Part shown: positions 38,812 to 48,946 of the stretch, in pieces
Layout: every line of letters starts with the position of its first letter
Position numbering within the stretch: the stretch's first letter is position 1
Origin: Eubacteriales bacterium
Lineage (GTDB): Bacteria > Bacillota > Clostridia > Oscillospirales > CAG-272
Assembly (NCBI GenBank): GCA_045588675.1
Contig: JAZNER010000071.1
Coordinates: forward strand, 4,122-68,121
Direction of reading: 5' to 3'
Length of the DNA stretch: 64,000 nucleotides
Made by a program: the position numbers and the translations under genes
The notes under the pieces: generated by a model
Seen by the model: the letters and a program-made list of their open reading frames with translations, nothing else
Databases searched by the model: none
Told to the model about the DNA's origin: nothing

Positions 38812-39060
38812 TTATTAATATTCAAATAAAAATGGGCTGTATCGGGCAAATTTGGCTTGATACTGCCCGTTTTTTTGTCTTGTTTTTTTCTTTTTTCGCC
38901 GCCCGAAAGCTTCAAAGTGCCCTGCTCTTTTAATTTAACATATCCCGATTGAATAAAAAATCATTACGCTGTAAAAAATAACTGCAAGTTATAAGCAAAA
39001 TCAAAATAACTACGCCGTGTTATACTCAATTGCAGAAGGGATTAATTATGAAAAAAATAT

Positions 39061-40344
39061 ATGAAACAATTGAACAAGCCGACTAAATTTCTAAAAAGCT
39101 CGATTTTGGTATTGATAGGCACGATACTGATAAAGGGCTTCGCGGGAAGCGGAATAAATATGACCGCAAGCCTATTTCTATCCCCCGTTGCCGAGGATAT
39201 CGGCGTGGGTATCGGCACTCTGTCACTATATTTCAGTATAGCTTCTATCGTTATGATTTTTTGGCTTCCTCTCGCGGGGCGCTTAATGGGCAAATACAAT
39301 GTAAAGGCTCTCGTTATAATCTCGGCGTTTTTGCAGGCGCTTTCCTTCGCTTCCCTAGGTCTTTTCAACAGCATCTGGGGCTGGTATGTTATGGCTATTC
39401 CCCAAACGATAGGCGCGGCAATTCTTGTAAATCTTCTCAGTCCTATTATGGTCAACCGATGGTTTCCGAGCAAAACAGGGCTTATTCTCGGTATTCAAGC
39501 GGCATTTGTCTGGCTGTTCGCGGCGGCTCTTCAGCCAATCACCTCGTCTATTATTGAAAATCAAGGCTGGAGATATGGCTATATCGTTTTAGGTCTTGCA
39601 ACCTTCACTGTTGTAATCATTTCCGCTCTGTCACTGCTGAGGAACAAGCCAAACGATGAGGAGCGAGCACTTCTTGATAAGCAAATTGGTGGCGGTGAGC
39701 AAAAAAAATCAAATCACATTGACATTGATGAAAAGGAAGCTGTTCACTCGCGTTCATTTATAATGCTTTTGATTTTTATGGTAGCATTGACGGGTGCGGC
39801 GGTTTTTACTCAGCACATTCCCACCTACGCCACTCTTATAAATTACCAGCTTTCGCAAATCGGTATGGCGATGGCTCTGTCGTCAATCGGCGGAGCTGTC
39901 GGGGCAATTACGATAGGGATAGCTTCCGACAAAATCGGCGGTCTTAAAACCTGCTTTGGAATAATCATTCTCTGGATTTTGGCGGTGATTGGCTTTATTT
40001 TCGGAAAATCGAGCTTCCCGATTTTTGCTCTTTCCTGCTTTTTGCACGGAGTAGCAAGCTCAAGCATTGCAATCATTTCTCCAATTCTCACGCTTCTCTT
40101 TTTCGGCAAGCAGGATTACGAAAAAATATACGCAAAGGTAGCGATGGGCGCGCCGATTGCGTCAATTCTGCTCGTTCCCGCCTACGGCTTTGTTTACGAC
40201 GCCACAGGAAGCTATCTTCCTATTCTGATTTTGTTGTTCGGGCTGTTAATCTTAGCGGCTATAAGTATAATATACGGCTGGAAAATCCGTTGCGACCAAA
40301 ACGGCTGTCCCGTGAGGCAAAAACCGCATCGAGCTTCAAAATAA
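39061..40344 (+). CDS. MFS transporter
   Basis: 427 aa with about 12 TM segments and a central hydrophilic loop. An MFS-like GRLMGKY motif follows TM2. Confidence 0.78.
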   Translation: MKQLNKPTKFLKSSILVLIGTILIKGFAGSGINMTASLFLSPVAEDIGVGIGTLSLYFSIASIVMIFWLPLAGRLMGKYNVKALVIISAFLQALSFASLGLFNSIWGWYVMAIPQTIGAAILVNLLSPIMVNRWFPSKTGLILGIQAAFVWLFAAALQPITSSIIENQGWRYGYIVLGLATFTVVIISALSLLRNKPNDEERALLDKQIGGGEQKKSNHIDIDEKEAVHSRSFIMLLIFMVALTGAAVFTQHIPTYATLINYQLSQIGMAMALSSIGGAVGAITIGIASDKIGGLKTCFGIIILWILAVIGFIFGKSSFPIFALSCFLHGVASSSIAIISPILTLLFFGKQDYEKIYAKVAMGAPIASILLVPAYGFVYDATGSYLPILILLFGLLILAAISIIYGWKIRCDQNGCPVRQKPHRASK

Positions 40345-40355
40345 ACAAAATCCTT

Positions 40356-40396
40356 AAGCAAGAGCATATCCTTTTATGCTCTTGCTTTCTTTTTTA
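40356..40396 (+). terminator. Intrinsic terminator after the MFS gene
   Basis: A 12-bp stem AAGCAAGAGCAT/ATGCTCTTGCTT is followed by TCTTTTTT. Confidence 0.75.
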
Positions 40397-40461
40397 GACT
40401 TTGCATATTAATTGTGTCAAATATTATGAAATTGTTGACAAGGAGCGACAGGTGAGAATTA

Positions 40462-40490
40462 TTGACAAGCGGGCGGCAGTATGTTAAAAT
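40462..40490 (+). promoter_or_regulatory. Sigma-A-type promoter for fucU
   Basis: TTGACA (40462-40467), a 17-bp spacer, then TAAAAT (40485-40490). Confidence 0.5.
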
Positions 40491-40523
40491 AAAATTACAA
40501 ATAAATTTTTGCGAGGTTTTAAT

Positions 40524-40967
40524 ATGCTTAAAGGTATCCCGAAAATTCTATCCCCCGAATTATTAAAGGTTTTGTGTGAAATGGGACACAGCGACAGAAT
40601 TTGCATCTCCGACGGAAACTTCCCTGCCGAGAGTATGGGCAAGGATTGCAAGGTCATTCGTATGGACGGACACGGCGTTCCCGAAATTCTTGACTCAATC
40701 CTCACAGTCTTCCCTCTTGACACCTATGTTGAAAAGCCCGCAACGCTTATGCAGCTTATGGATTGCGACAAGGGCAGGATTGCTACTCCAATCTGGGACG
40801 AATATCGCTCAATAATCGCAAAGCACGACGAGAGAGGCGCTGACGCCGTTGGAAACATTGACCGCTTTGATTTCTACGACGAGGCTAAACGGTGCTATTG
40901 CATAGTTGCAACAGGAGAGAGTGCGGTTTATGCTAACATTATGCTCCAAAAGGGCGTAGTTATCTGA
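40524..40967 (+). CDS. fucU: L-fucose mutarotase (RbsD/FucU family)
   Basis: MLKGIPKILSPELLKVLCEMGHSDRICISDGNFP matches the FucU N-terminus. It lies within a fucose locus. Confidence 0.85.
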   Translation: MLKGIPKILSPELLKVLCEMGHSDRICISDGNFPAESMGKDCKVIRMDGHGVPEILDSILTVFPLDTYVEKPATLMQLMDCDKGRIATPIWDEYRSIIAKHDERGADAVGNIDRFDFYDEAKRCYCIVATGESAVYANIMLQKGVVI

Positions 40968-41046
40968 TATTTGCTTTTATTTGCTACAAAAGGCTGTATT
41001 TGTTAATATACAGCCTTTCTATAAATTAAAAAAAGGAATTGATATT

Positions 41047-41664
41047 ATGTCTAATCTTGTAAATGTTTTTCGGGTTTTGGGTATGGATGCGAATAACCCT
41101 AACCAAACCGTACAGCTTTTCTCAAGCCTTTTTGGCATATCGCCATTAACGATCTTTATCGTCGCTCAAGCGCTTGGAATTGTCGGACTTGTAATTATCG
41201 TTTCGTCGTTTCAATGCAAGAGCAACAAAAGCTTTTTCTTGATGCAGGGATTTGGAAGTATGTTCTTTTTCCTGAACTTCCTTCTGATAGGAGCATTTGG
41301 CGGAGCTTTCTTCAATCTTGTAAACCTTTTGCGCGGATTGCTTTTTGCAAAGAACCGCGAAAAATTGTGGAAGCTTATCACCGTAAATGTTGCATACACT
41401 CTTTGCTTCGTCTTCTCGATATGCCTGAACCCTGCTCCCTGGCAAATCTTCTTGGTGGCAGTTCCCTTTGCCGCGCTCTTCTATATGAGCATATTGATGT
41501 ACCGCGGCAACGACAAGCATATCCGCGCTTTCCAGATTGCACTTATGTCGCCCGCGTGGATATTCCATAACATTTTCAATCTTTCAATTGGCGGAATTGT
41601 CTGTGAAGCCTTCAATATGATTTCCTCTGCTATCTACTTATTAAGAAACAGAAAAACAAAATAA
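41047..41664 (+). CDS. YgjV-like inner membrane protein
   Basis: About 205 aa with 5-6 TM segments and duplicated halves. The family assignment is tentative. Confidence 0.5.
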   Translation: MSNLVNVFRVLGMDANNPNQTVQLFSSLFGISPLTIFIVAQALGIVGLVIIVSSFQCKSNKSFFLMQGFGSMFFFLNFLLIGAFGGAFFNLVNLLRGLLFAKNREKLWKLITVNVAYTLCFVFSICLNPAPWQIFLVAVPFAALFYMSILMYRGNDKHIRAFQIALMSPAWIFHNIFNLSIGGIVCEAFNMISSAIYLLRNRKTK

Positions 41665-41679
41665 TCTTTATCATATCGC

Positions 41680-41727
41680 AAAAGAAACCGAGATAAGCCT
41701 TAGCTTATCTCGGTTTCTTTTATTTTT
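41680..41727. terminator. Bidirectional terminator between convergent genes
   Basis: A 15-bp stem GAAACCGAGATAAGC/GCTTATCTCGGTTTC has A-run and T-run flanks. Confidence 0.75.
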
Positions 41728-41758
41728 TGACAACTCGGTAACGCCCGAACTGCTTGTT

Positions 41759-42646
41759 TTATTGTTTGGAAAAATCGGTAACGCCCGAGCTGCTTGTTTT
41801 CTTTCTGTATGCTATCGGGGAAATTCCCTCAACTTTTTTAAACGCCTTGAAGAAAAGCACATGGTCCTGATAACCGCACATCTCTCCTATCTCGGTAGCA
41901 GATAGGTCTGTTTCCTGCAACAGCTTCTTTGCGTGCTTAATTCTCTGGCTTCTCACATACTGCATCGGCGGTGTGCCTATGTATTTTTTAAAAACGTGAG
42001 AAATATAGTATTTACTGACATGAAGATCATTGCAAATCTGGTCCATTGACTCTATTTTTGCAAAATTCTTGTTTAAATACTGATGTATCTGCAAGAAAAT
42101 TGCATTGGTTACAAATTTCGCCTCAGAAATATTTGCAAGGCGCAAAATGCCGATCAGAATAAGTCGTGCCAAGTATTTGGCAATCAGCTCATTATATTGA
42201 GTATCGGTTCTTATCTCCTCAACAAGCGACATAAAATAAAAACGGAACTTCTCCTCATCCTCGCCTGTATGTAAAACACACGGAGTCGAATTATCTATTA
42301 AATGATCGGGCGGAAGGTCGTTTATTTTAAAATTAGTAATACCGAAAAAGGCGAGCTCCATTCCCGCATCTCCAAGAGTTCCCTCCTCGTGCAAGGCATT
42401 TGGATTGTAAATAATTATATCTCCCTTTTTTATCGTATATGACACTCCGTCAATTATTGCTTCCCCTATTCCCGACAAGACAAACAAAATCTCGCAAAAC
42501 GGGTGCTTGTGAGCCTTCTCTCGCCATCGTTTGATTCTTTCCAGCTTGCCTGCATATAAGCATTTTGTATCAAGCTTTATTACATCTGCCATGGAATATG
42601 ATACTTTTCTATTATCAGTATAATTGTTGTCAAGCATTTCTTTCAT
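41759..42646 (-). CDS. AraC-family transcriptional regulator (cupin sensor plus HTH)
   Basis: 295 aa. It has an N-terminal cupin-like domain and a C-terminal AraC HTH (VSKYYISHVFKKYIGTPPMQYV ... TEIGEMCGYQD). Confidence 0.88.
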   Translation of the reverse strand: MKEMLDNNYTDNRKVSYSMADVIKLDTKCLYAGKLERIKRWREKAHKHPFCEILFVLSGIGEAIIDGVSYTIKKGDIIIYNPNALHEEGTLGDAGMELAFFGITNFKINDLPPDHLIDNSTPCVLHTGEDEEKFRFYFMSLVEEIRTDTQYNELIAKYLARLILIGILRLANISEAKFVTNAIFLQIHQYLNKNFAKIESMDQICNDLHVSKYYISHVFKKYIGTPPMQYVRSQRIKHAKKLLQETDLSATEIGEMCGYQDHVLFFKAFKKVEGISPIAYRKKTSSSGVTDFSKQ

Positions 42647-42948
42647 TCATTTCCTCCAAAAACACTCCCTTGTTTTTGTGCAATCCGCTCAAAAAATAGT
42701 GTTTTTTATTGCTTTTTATATTTTTGTACATTTTTGTGAATTTTAACCTAATTTAGTTGGCTAAAATATGGAATTTATTTAATTTTTGTTGATTTTCTTC
42801 TTATATTATAACATATTCTTTTTAATTTTGCAATAGGTTTTCGAAAATTTTGTGTCTTTTTTTGTGAAAAACTATGCACTTTAAACTATTGAAAAAGATG
42901 GGTGTGAGCGTTACAATATATGTAGAAGACGAGAAAGGGGGCTAAACC

Positions 42949-44448
42949 ATGCAAAAAACAATTCTTGAAATGAGCGGAATACATAAAAGATTTCACGGCG
43001 TTCACGCGCTCAAGGGCGTTCATTTCGATTTAAAGAGCGGTGAGGTTCACGCGCTTATGGGAGAAAACGGCGCAGGTAAATCAACGCTTATGAAGGTTCT
43101 TTGCGGTATCCACAAGCGAGATGAGGGAGATGTCGTTCTCTTTGACAAGTCGGTTAACTTTTCAAATATAAAAGAATCACAAGACGCGGGCATCAGTATG
43201 ATCCACCAGGAATTAAATATGATGAACCACCTGACCGTTGCTCAGAATATTTATATAGGCAGAGAGCCTATGATAAACGGCGTCTATATTGATGATAAGA
43301 AGATGGAAAGCGACGCCGCAGAGCTATTTAAAAAAATCGGTGTAAAAATTGACCCGTCTGTAACTCTTGGAACATTGACAGTCGGCAAGCAGCAGATGGT
43401 TGAAATTGCAAAGGCAATTTCAAGAAACGCGCAGATTTTGGTTCTTGACGAGCCCACGGCGGCTCTCACACAACCCGAGGTTGAGGAGTTGTTCAAGATT
43501 ATGAACGACCTCAAGAGCAAGGGTATCGGTATGATCTACATTTCTCACCGTATGGACGAGATAAACAGAATTTCAGACCGAGTAACAGTTATGCGCGACG
43601 GCGAGTATGTCGGAACTCTTATTACAAAGGACTCGACAAAGGACGAAATCGTTAAAATGATGGTTGGCCGCGTTATTTACGGCGACCAGAAGCAGCACAG
43701 CACAGTTCCCGAGGACGCGCCTGTTGTTCTTGAGGTTAAAAATCTGAATCGCGGCAAGGAAATAAGAAATGTAAGCTTCTCTCTCCGCCGCGGCGAGATT
43801 CTTGGCTTCTCGGGACTTATGGGTGCGGGTAGAACCGAGGTTGCAAGAGCAATTTACGGGGCTGACGAAAAAGACAGTGGAGAAATATATATAAATGGAG
43901 AGCAGGTGAACATCAAAACTCCCGCAGAGGCAGTTCGGCGCGGTGTTTGCTATCTCTCTGAGGACAGAAAGAGATACGGTCTTTTGCTTGACAAATCAAT
44001 TGCCGAAAACTCAGTATTAAGCTCACTTGACAACTACATCAAGTTCGGCTTCATTGACGAGGACGCAATCGAGAGAGATGCAAAGGCTGAAAACAGAAAG
44101 CTCAGAACAAAAACACCGTCAATAAGACAGCTCGCAAAGAACCTGTCGGGCGGTAACCAGCAAAAAGTAATTGTGGCAAGATGGCTGATTAAAGACTCGG
44201 ACATTTTTATCTTTGACGAGCCTACACGAGGCATTGACATCGGTGCAAAGAGCGAAATGTACACTCTTATGGAGGAATTGGCTTCACAAGGCAAATCAAT
44301 TATTATGATCTCCTCAGAGCTTGCTGAAATTCAACGCCTCAGCGACAGAGTAATCGTTATGTGCGAGGGCAGAATTACAGCAGAGCTTGATATTGAGGAC
44401 GCAACTCAGGAAACAATTATGAAATACGCTACAATGAGAGAGGAATAA
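42949..44448 (+). CDS. Sugar ABC transporter ATP-binding protein (duplicated ATPase, RbsA/MglA type)
   Basis: 499 aa. Walker A is GENGAGKST, and there are two LSGG-type signatures (LTVGKQQ, LSGGNQQK). Confidence 0.92.
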   Translation: MQKTILEMSGIHKRFHGVHALKGVHFDLKSGEVHALMGENGAGKSTLMKVLCGIHKRDEGDVVLFDKSVNFSNIKESQDAGISMIHQELNMMNHLTVAQNIYIGREPMINGVYIDDKKMESDAAELFKKIGVKIDPSVTLGTLTVGKQQMVEIAKAISRNAQILVLDEPTAALTQPEVEELFKIMNDLKSKGIGMIYISHRMDEINRISDRVTVMRDGEYVGTLITKDSTKDEIVKMMVGRVIYGDQKQHSTVPEDAPVVLEVKNLNRGKEIRNVSFSLRRGEILGFSGLMGAGRTEVARAIYGADEKDSGEIYINGEQVNIKTPAEAVRRGVCYLSEDRKRYGLLLDKSIAENSVLSSLDNYIKFGFIDEDAIERDAKAENRKLRTKTPSIRQLAKNLSGGNQQKVIVARWLIKDSDIFIFDEPTRGIDIGAKSEMYTLMEELASQGKSIIMISSELAEIQRLSDRVIVMCEGRITAELDIEDATQETIMKYATMREE

Positions 44449-44452
44449 ACAA

Positions 44453-45649
44453 ATGGCAAATAATAACGGCTTTAAAAGAGGCCTTAGAAGAACAAAGAAT
44501 AAGTTTATTGACTTTGTCAGCACTAAGGGTAAGCAAAACCTTATCGTTGTTGCGGCATTGGCTGTGCTTGTTGTAGTTTTCTGGGCACTCAATCCAAACT
44601 TTTTAAGAACAACTAACATCGTAAGTATGGCGCAGTCACTTGCTCCCTACGCAATTTTGGCTCTCGGTGTTACATTCGTAATCGCAACAGGCGGCATCGA
44701 CCTTTCGATCGGTACTGTTTGTATCGCCTCTGCGGTAATCGCAGGTAAGCTCTATGTTCCCGTAGAGCAGGGTGGCTGGGGAATGATTCCCCTTTGGGCT
44801 ACGATCCCTGTTATGATTATCATCGGTACGGTCTTTGGCTTTATCAACGGTATCCTCGTTGCAAAGCTTAAGCTTCCCGCATTTATCGCAACGCTCGGAA
44901 CTATGATGTTCTCTCGTGGTATCAGTGCGATCATAGCGACAGTACCTAACATTTTCTTCCCAAGCGGAACTTGGTTCAACAAAACCTTCTCAAATGCAAA
45001 CGGTATTCCCACAGGTCTTTTCTGGATTTTGGCCTTCGCGCTTGTTTGTATGTACCTTATGTACAAGTGCAAGATCGGAAGATACATTCTTTCAATCGGC
45101 TCTAACGAGGAAGCAACAAGACTTTCGGGTATCAATGTAGATAAGTACAAGGTGATCGCTTATACATTCAGCGGCGTTGCGGCAGGTATCGCGGCAATCT
45201 TCTGGGCAGCATCCTTCCCCACAGTTGCAGCAGCAACAGGTAACGGAATGGAGCTTGACGCGATCGCGGGTGTTTATATCGGCGGAACAAGCTCTGCGGG
45301 CGGTACAGCCTCAATCGCAGGAAGCGTTATCGGTAACATTATGCTTGTAGTTATCCGTAGCGGTCTTAACTTCGTTCTTGCAAAGTTCGACCTCAACCTC
45401 AACTCAACATATGTGACATACGCGCTCACAGGTCTTATAGTTGTTGCGGCAGTTCTTATGGATGTTATTAAGAACAAGAACGCGGCAAAGGTTAAGATCG
45501 AAACAGAAAAAGAAGCTCAAAAGAGAATTCGTAAGCAAGCTTTAGCAGACCTTGAGGATGAAATTGATGCAGTTTTAGCTTCTCCCTTCTCAAAGGAAGA
45601 AAAGAATGCTCAGGTTGCGCTTATTGAAGAAAAGATCGCAAAGCTTTGA
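44453..45649 (+). CDS. Sugar ABC transporter permease (RbsC-like) with a hydrophilic C-terminal extension
   Basis: 398 aa. It has a polytopic core with a GGIDLSIG block. The last roughly 70 aa are charged and helical. Confidence 0.88.
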   Translation: MANNNGFKRGLRRTKNKFIDFVSTKGKQNLIVVAALAVLVVVFWALNPNFLRTTNIVSMAQSLAPYAILALGVTFVIATGGIDLSIGTVCIASAVIAGKLYVPVEQGGWGMIPLWATIPVMIIIGTVFGFINGILVAKLKLPAFIATLGTMMFSRGISAIIATVPNIFFPSGTWFNKTFSNANGIPTGLFWILAFALVCMYLMYKCKIGRYILSIGSNEEATRLSGINVDKYKVIAYTFSGVAAGIAAIFWAASFPTVAAATGNGMELDAIAGVYIGGTSSAGGTASIAGSVIGNIMLVVIRSGLNFVLAKFDLNLNSTYVTYALTGLIVVAAVLMDVIKNKNAAKVKIETEKEAQKRIRKQALADLEDEIDAVLASPFSKEEKNAQVALIEEKIAKL

Positions 45650-45720
45650 TTTCCCAAAAAACTTTAACAGAATGTAACGGCAATGCCGTACATATAAAAA
45701 ATTATAAAGGAGAAAAACTC

Positions 45721-46749
45721 ATGAAAAAAGCATTATCCCTTATATTAGCACTTGTAATGCTCGTTGCAGTATTCGCAAGCTGCGCAACCACAGACGAAAA
45801 GACCATCGCAGTTATCGCGAAGGGTGAATCACACGCTTTCTGGCAGTCGGTTAAGGCCGGCGCAGAAGCAGCAGGCGCAAAGTATGGCTACAAGGTAACA
45901 TTCCGTGGCCCTGCTTCCGAGTCCGCAAAGGACCTTCCCTCTCAGATGGAAATGGTTCAGACAGCTATCGCTAACAATGCAAGCGCTATCGTTCTTGCAA
46001 CAATCGGCGAAGGCTTCACAGATATGCTCACAACAGCATACAACAACAATACTCCCGTTGTTCACTTCGACTCAGGTATCTGGGCAAACGACATCGCAGC
46101 TCTTGACAAGGCTGGCAAGAACCCCCTCAAAGCACACGTTGCTACATCTAACTACAAGGCAGCTGAGCTCGCAGCTGAAAAGTTCTTTGAAGCTATCAAG
46201 GCTGACATCGCAGCTTCCGCAGGCGACTATGTAGTAGGTGTTATCCAGCACGACGAAACACAGACAGGTATTGACAGAGCAGCAGGCTTCGTTGATAAGT
46301 TCACAGCTCTTGCAAACGCTGATGCTTCCACAAACGGTAAGTACACAATCGCAAAGGAAGTTAAGCCCGGCGACGCAAACAACGCATACAAGGATGCTCT
46401 TGAAGCTCTCTACGAGAAGAGCGTTGACGCTATCTTCATGACAAACGAGGGTGTTGTTAAGCAGGTTTACGACGCAATCGGCGCAGCAGGCAACAAGTAT
46501 GACGCAATTAAGTTCTGCGGCTACGATGCAGGCTCAAAGCAGATTCAGTGGATGAAGGCTACAAGCGGTCCTAAGCTTATCGGTGCAGTTGCACAGGATT
46601 CTTACCAGATCGGTTACCAGGCAGTTGAGCAGGCTATCTTCGCACTTGAGGGCAAGACAGTTACAGCTAAGGTTGAAATCGCAGGCGCTTGGTGGGATGC
46701 TTCCAACGTTGACGAAATGATTAAGAATAACCTTGTTTACGAGGGCTAA
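45721..46749 (+). CDS. Sugar ABC transporter substrate-binding lipoprotein
   Basis: It has a signal peptide with lipobox LVAVFASC and a periplasmic-binding-protein type I pattern. AAAGGAG lies before the ATG at 45721. Confidence 0.86.
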   Translation: MKKALSLILALVMLVAVFASCATTDEKTIAVIAKGESHAFWQSVKAGAEAAGAKYGYKVTFRGPASESAKDLPSQMEMVQTAIANNASAIVLATIGEGFTDMLTTAYNNNTPVVHFDSGIWANDIAALDKAGKNPLKAHVATSNYKAAELAAEKFFEAIKADIAASAGDYVVGVIQHDETQTGIDRAAGFVDKFTALANADASTNGKYTIAKEVKPGDANNAYKDALEALYEKSVDAIFMTNEGVVKQVYDAIGAAGNKYDAIKFCGYDAGSKQIQWMKATSGPKLIGAVAQDSYQIGYQAVEQAIFALEGKTVTAKVEIAGAWWDASNVDEMIKNNLVYEG

Positions 46750-46860
46750 TTTACAAATCATATTTTTAATGAAACTTACCAATCAATAAGGTTTATTAAC
46801 CGATTGATATAGGGCGAAAGCTAAATAAAAAAATCATTAAATTGATTAACAATGTTTTCA

Positions 46861-46896
46861 AACCCTCCCTGTTATTCGGGGAGGGTTGCTTTTATA
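46861..46896 (+). terminator. Intrinsic terminator after the ABC genes
   Basis: Stem AACCCTCCC/GGGAGGGTT is followed by GCTTTTAT. Confidence 0.65.
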
Positions 46897-46993
46897 TTAA
46901 ATTTTTAAATTTGAAAATTAATTTTGCGCTGCAAAATATTTTATATACAAGTAATAAATAAAGAACAAACAATAAAATCAGGAGGAAAAATTT

Positions 46994-48829
46994 ATGGCAC
47001 AAAACAGATATGTAGGCGATTATCCCGTAATAGGCATTCGTCCTATCGTTGACGGAAGACGCGGCCCGCAGATGATGCGCGAATCGCTTGAGCCTCTCGT
47101 ATGGGCAATGGCTGAGTCAGCTAAGAAGCTCTTTGAAGAAAACCTCTTCTACTCTAACGGCGAGCCTGTAAAGGTAGTTATGGCAGACACCTGTATCGGT
47201 CGTGTTCCCGAGGCAGCGGCTTGCGCTAACAAGTTTAAAAAAGAGGGCGTTTCTATAACTCTTTCCGTTACTCCATGCTGGTGCTACGGCTCGGAAACAA
47301 TGGATATGGATCCTCACACAATAAAGGGTGTTTGGGGCTTTAACGGAACAGAAAGGCCCGGTGCGGTTTACTTGGCAGCAGTTCTTGCAGGTCACGCTCA
47401 AAAAGGACTTCCCGCGTTTGGCATTTACGGACACGAGGTGCAGGACAGAGATCAGGTTGACGGAATTCCCGAGGATGTAAAGGAAAAGCTCCTCCGCTTT
47501 GGCCGTGCGGCTGTTGCTGTTGCAACTATGAGAGGAAAATCCTATCTCCAGATAGGTTCTCAGTGCATGGGTATCGCAGGCTCTATTATGGATCAGGCTA
47601 TGCTCGAAGAGTACTTCGGCATGAGAGTTGAGTCTGTTGACGAGGTTGAGATCCTTCGCCGAATGGAAGAGGGTATCTACTGCGAGGAAGATTTCCAAAA
47701 GGCTCTTGCATGGACCAAGGAGCACTGCAAGGAAGGCAGAGATGACAACCCCGAAGAGGTTGAGTTCCTCGGCGAAAAGGTTAAAATTAAGTTCACTCCC
47801 GAAGAAAAAGAAAAGCAGTGGGAATTCACTGTTAAAATGTACTGCATAATCAAGGACCTTATGGGAGGCAATCCCCGTCTTTCCGATAAGTTCGAGGAAG
47901 AAAAGGTTGGACATAATGCAATCGCAGGTGGCTTCCAGGGTCAAAGACAATGGACAGACCATTGGCCTAACTGTGACTACCCCGAGGCACTTCTCTCCTC
48001 TACATTTGACTATGAGGGCGCTCGCGAGCCATACACATTGGCTACCGAAAACGACATTCTCAACGGTATAAGTATGCTTATGATGAGACTCCTTACTCAC
48101 CGCGCTCAGATTTTCGCTGACGTTCGTACATATTGGTCAGGCGAAGCTACCGAGAGAGTTACAGGCTACAAGCTTGAAGGCAAGGCAGCTGAATCTAACG
48201 GTATTATCCACCTTCTCAACTCCGGTGCGGCTTGTCTTGACGCTTGCGGCGAATGCACAGACGAGAACGGCAACGCTATTATGAAGCGTTGGTGGGAGGT
48301 TACCGACGAGGACATCAAGAAGATGACCGATGCAACCGTTTGGTGCGAAGCAGGTCAGGATAACTTCCGCGGCGGCGGATTCTCCAGCCACTACACAACA
48401 AGAGCCGAAATGCCTTGTACAATGATAAGACTTAATCTTGTTAAGGGACTTGGCCCTGTTCTTCAGATTGCTGAAGGCTGGACAGTTAATCTCCCCGACG
48501 AGGTTTCGGACGCGCTTATGGAAAGAACTAACCCCACTTGGCCTTGCACTTGGTTTGCTCCTCGTTGCGACGGCAAGGACGGCTCACCCTTCAAGACTGC
48601 TTACGAGGTAATGCAGAACTGGGGTGCAAACCACGGCGCTATTTCCTACGGACACGTCGGCGCAGACCTTATCACAATGTGCTCAATGCTCCGTATCCCC
48701 GTATGTATGCATAACGTTCCCGAGGACGATATCTACCGTCCTGCTGCTTGGAACGCATTCGGTATGGATAAGGAAGGACAGGACTACCGCGCTTGCGCAA
48801 CCTACGGTCCTCTCTACAAGAGTATGTAA
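46994..48829 (+). CDS. fucI: L-fucose isomerase
   Basis: 611 aa. [21 protein letters not shown] matches the FucI N-terminal signature, and the size and context fit. Confidence 0.92.
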   Translation: MAQNRYVGDYPVIGIRPIVDGRRGPQMMRESLEPLVWAMAESAKKLFEENLFYSNGEPVKVVMADTCIGRVPEAAACANKFKKEGVSITLSVTPCWCYGSETMDMDPHTIKGVWGFNGTERPGAVYLAAVLAGHAQKGLPAFGIYGHEVQDRDQVDGIPEDVKEKLLRFGRAAVAVATMRGKSYLQIGSQCMGIAGSIMDQAMLEEYFGMRVESVDEVEILRRMEEGIYCEEDFQKALAWTKEHCKEGRDDNPEEVEFLGEKVKIKFTPEEKEKQWEFTVKMYCIIKDLMGGNPRLSDKFEEEKVGHNAIAGGFQGQRQWTDHWPNCDYPEALLSSTFDYEGAREPYTLATENDILNGISMLMMRLLTHRAQIFADVRTYWSGEATERVTGYKLEGKAAESNGIIHLLNSGAACLDACGECTDENGNAIMKRWWEVTDEDIKKMTDATVWCEAGQDNFRGGGFSSHYTTRAEMPCTMIRLNLVKGLGPVLQIAEGWTVNLPDEVSDALMERTNPTWPCTWFAPRCDGKDGSPFKTAYEVMQNWGANHGAISYGHVGADLITMCSMLRIPVCMHNVPEDDIYRPAAWNAFGMDKEGQDYRACATYGPLYKSM

Positions 48830-48849
48830 TAGCTTTAATGCTCAAATAT

Positions 48850-48880
48850 AAAAGGGATGGTCATATGACCATCCCTTTTG
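48850..48880. terminator. Bidirectional terminator between fucI and the fibre locus
   Basis: A perfect palindrome GGGATGGTCATATGACCATCCC is flanked by AAAA and TTTT. Confidence 0.75.
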
Positions 48881-48946
48881 TTGTCAAGGCTTCGAGCCTA
48901 AAAATATATATGTTTTGAAATCATTGATTCATAATAAGCATTTAAC

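Noticed and set aside
47117-48100. 327-aa minus-strand ORF.
   Set aside because: It is antisense to fucI, whose product is unmistakable. It has no RBS or motif support.
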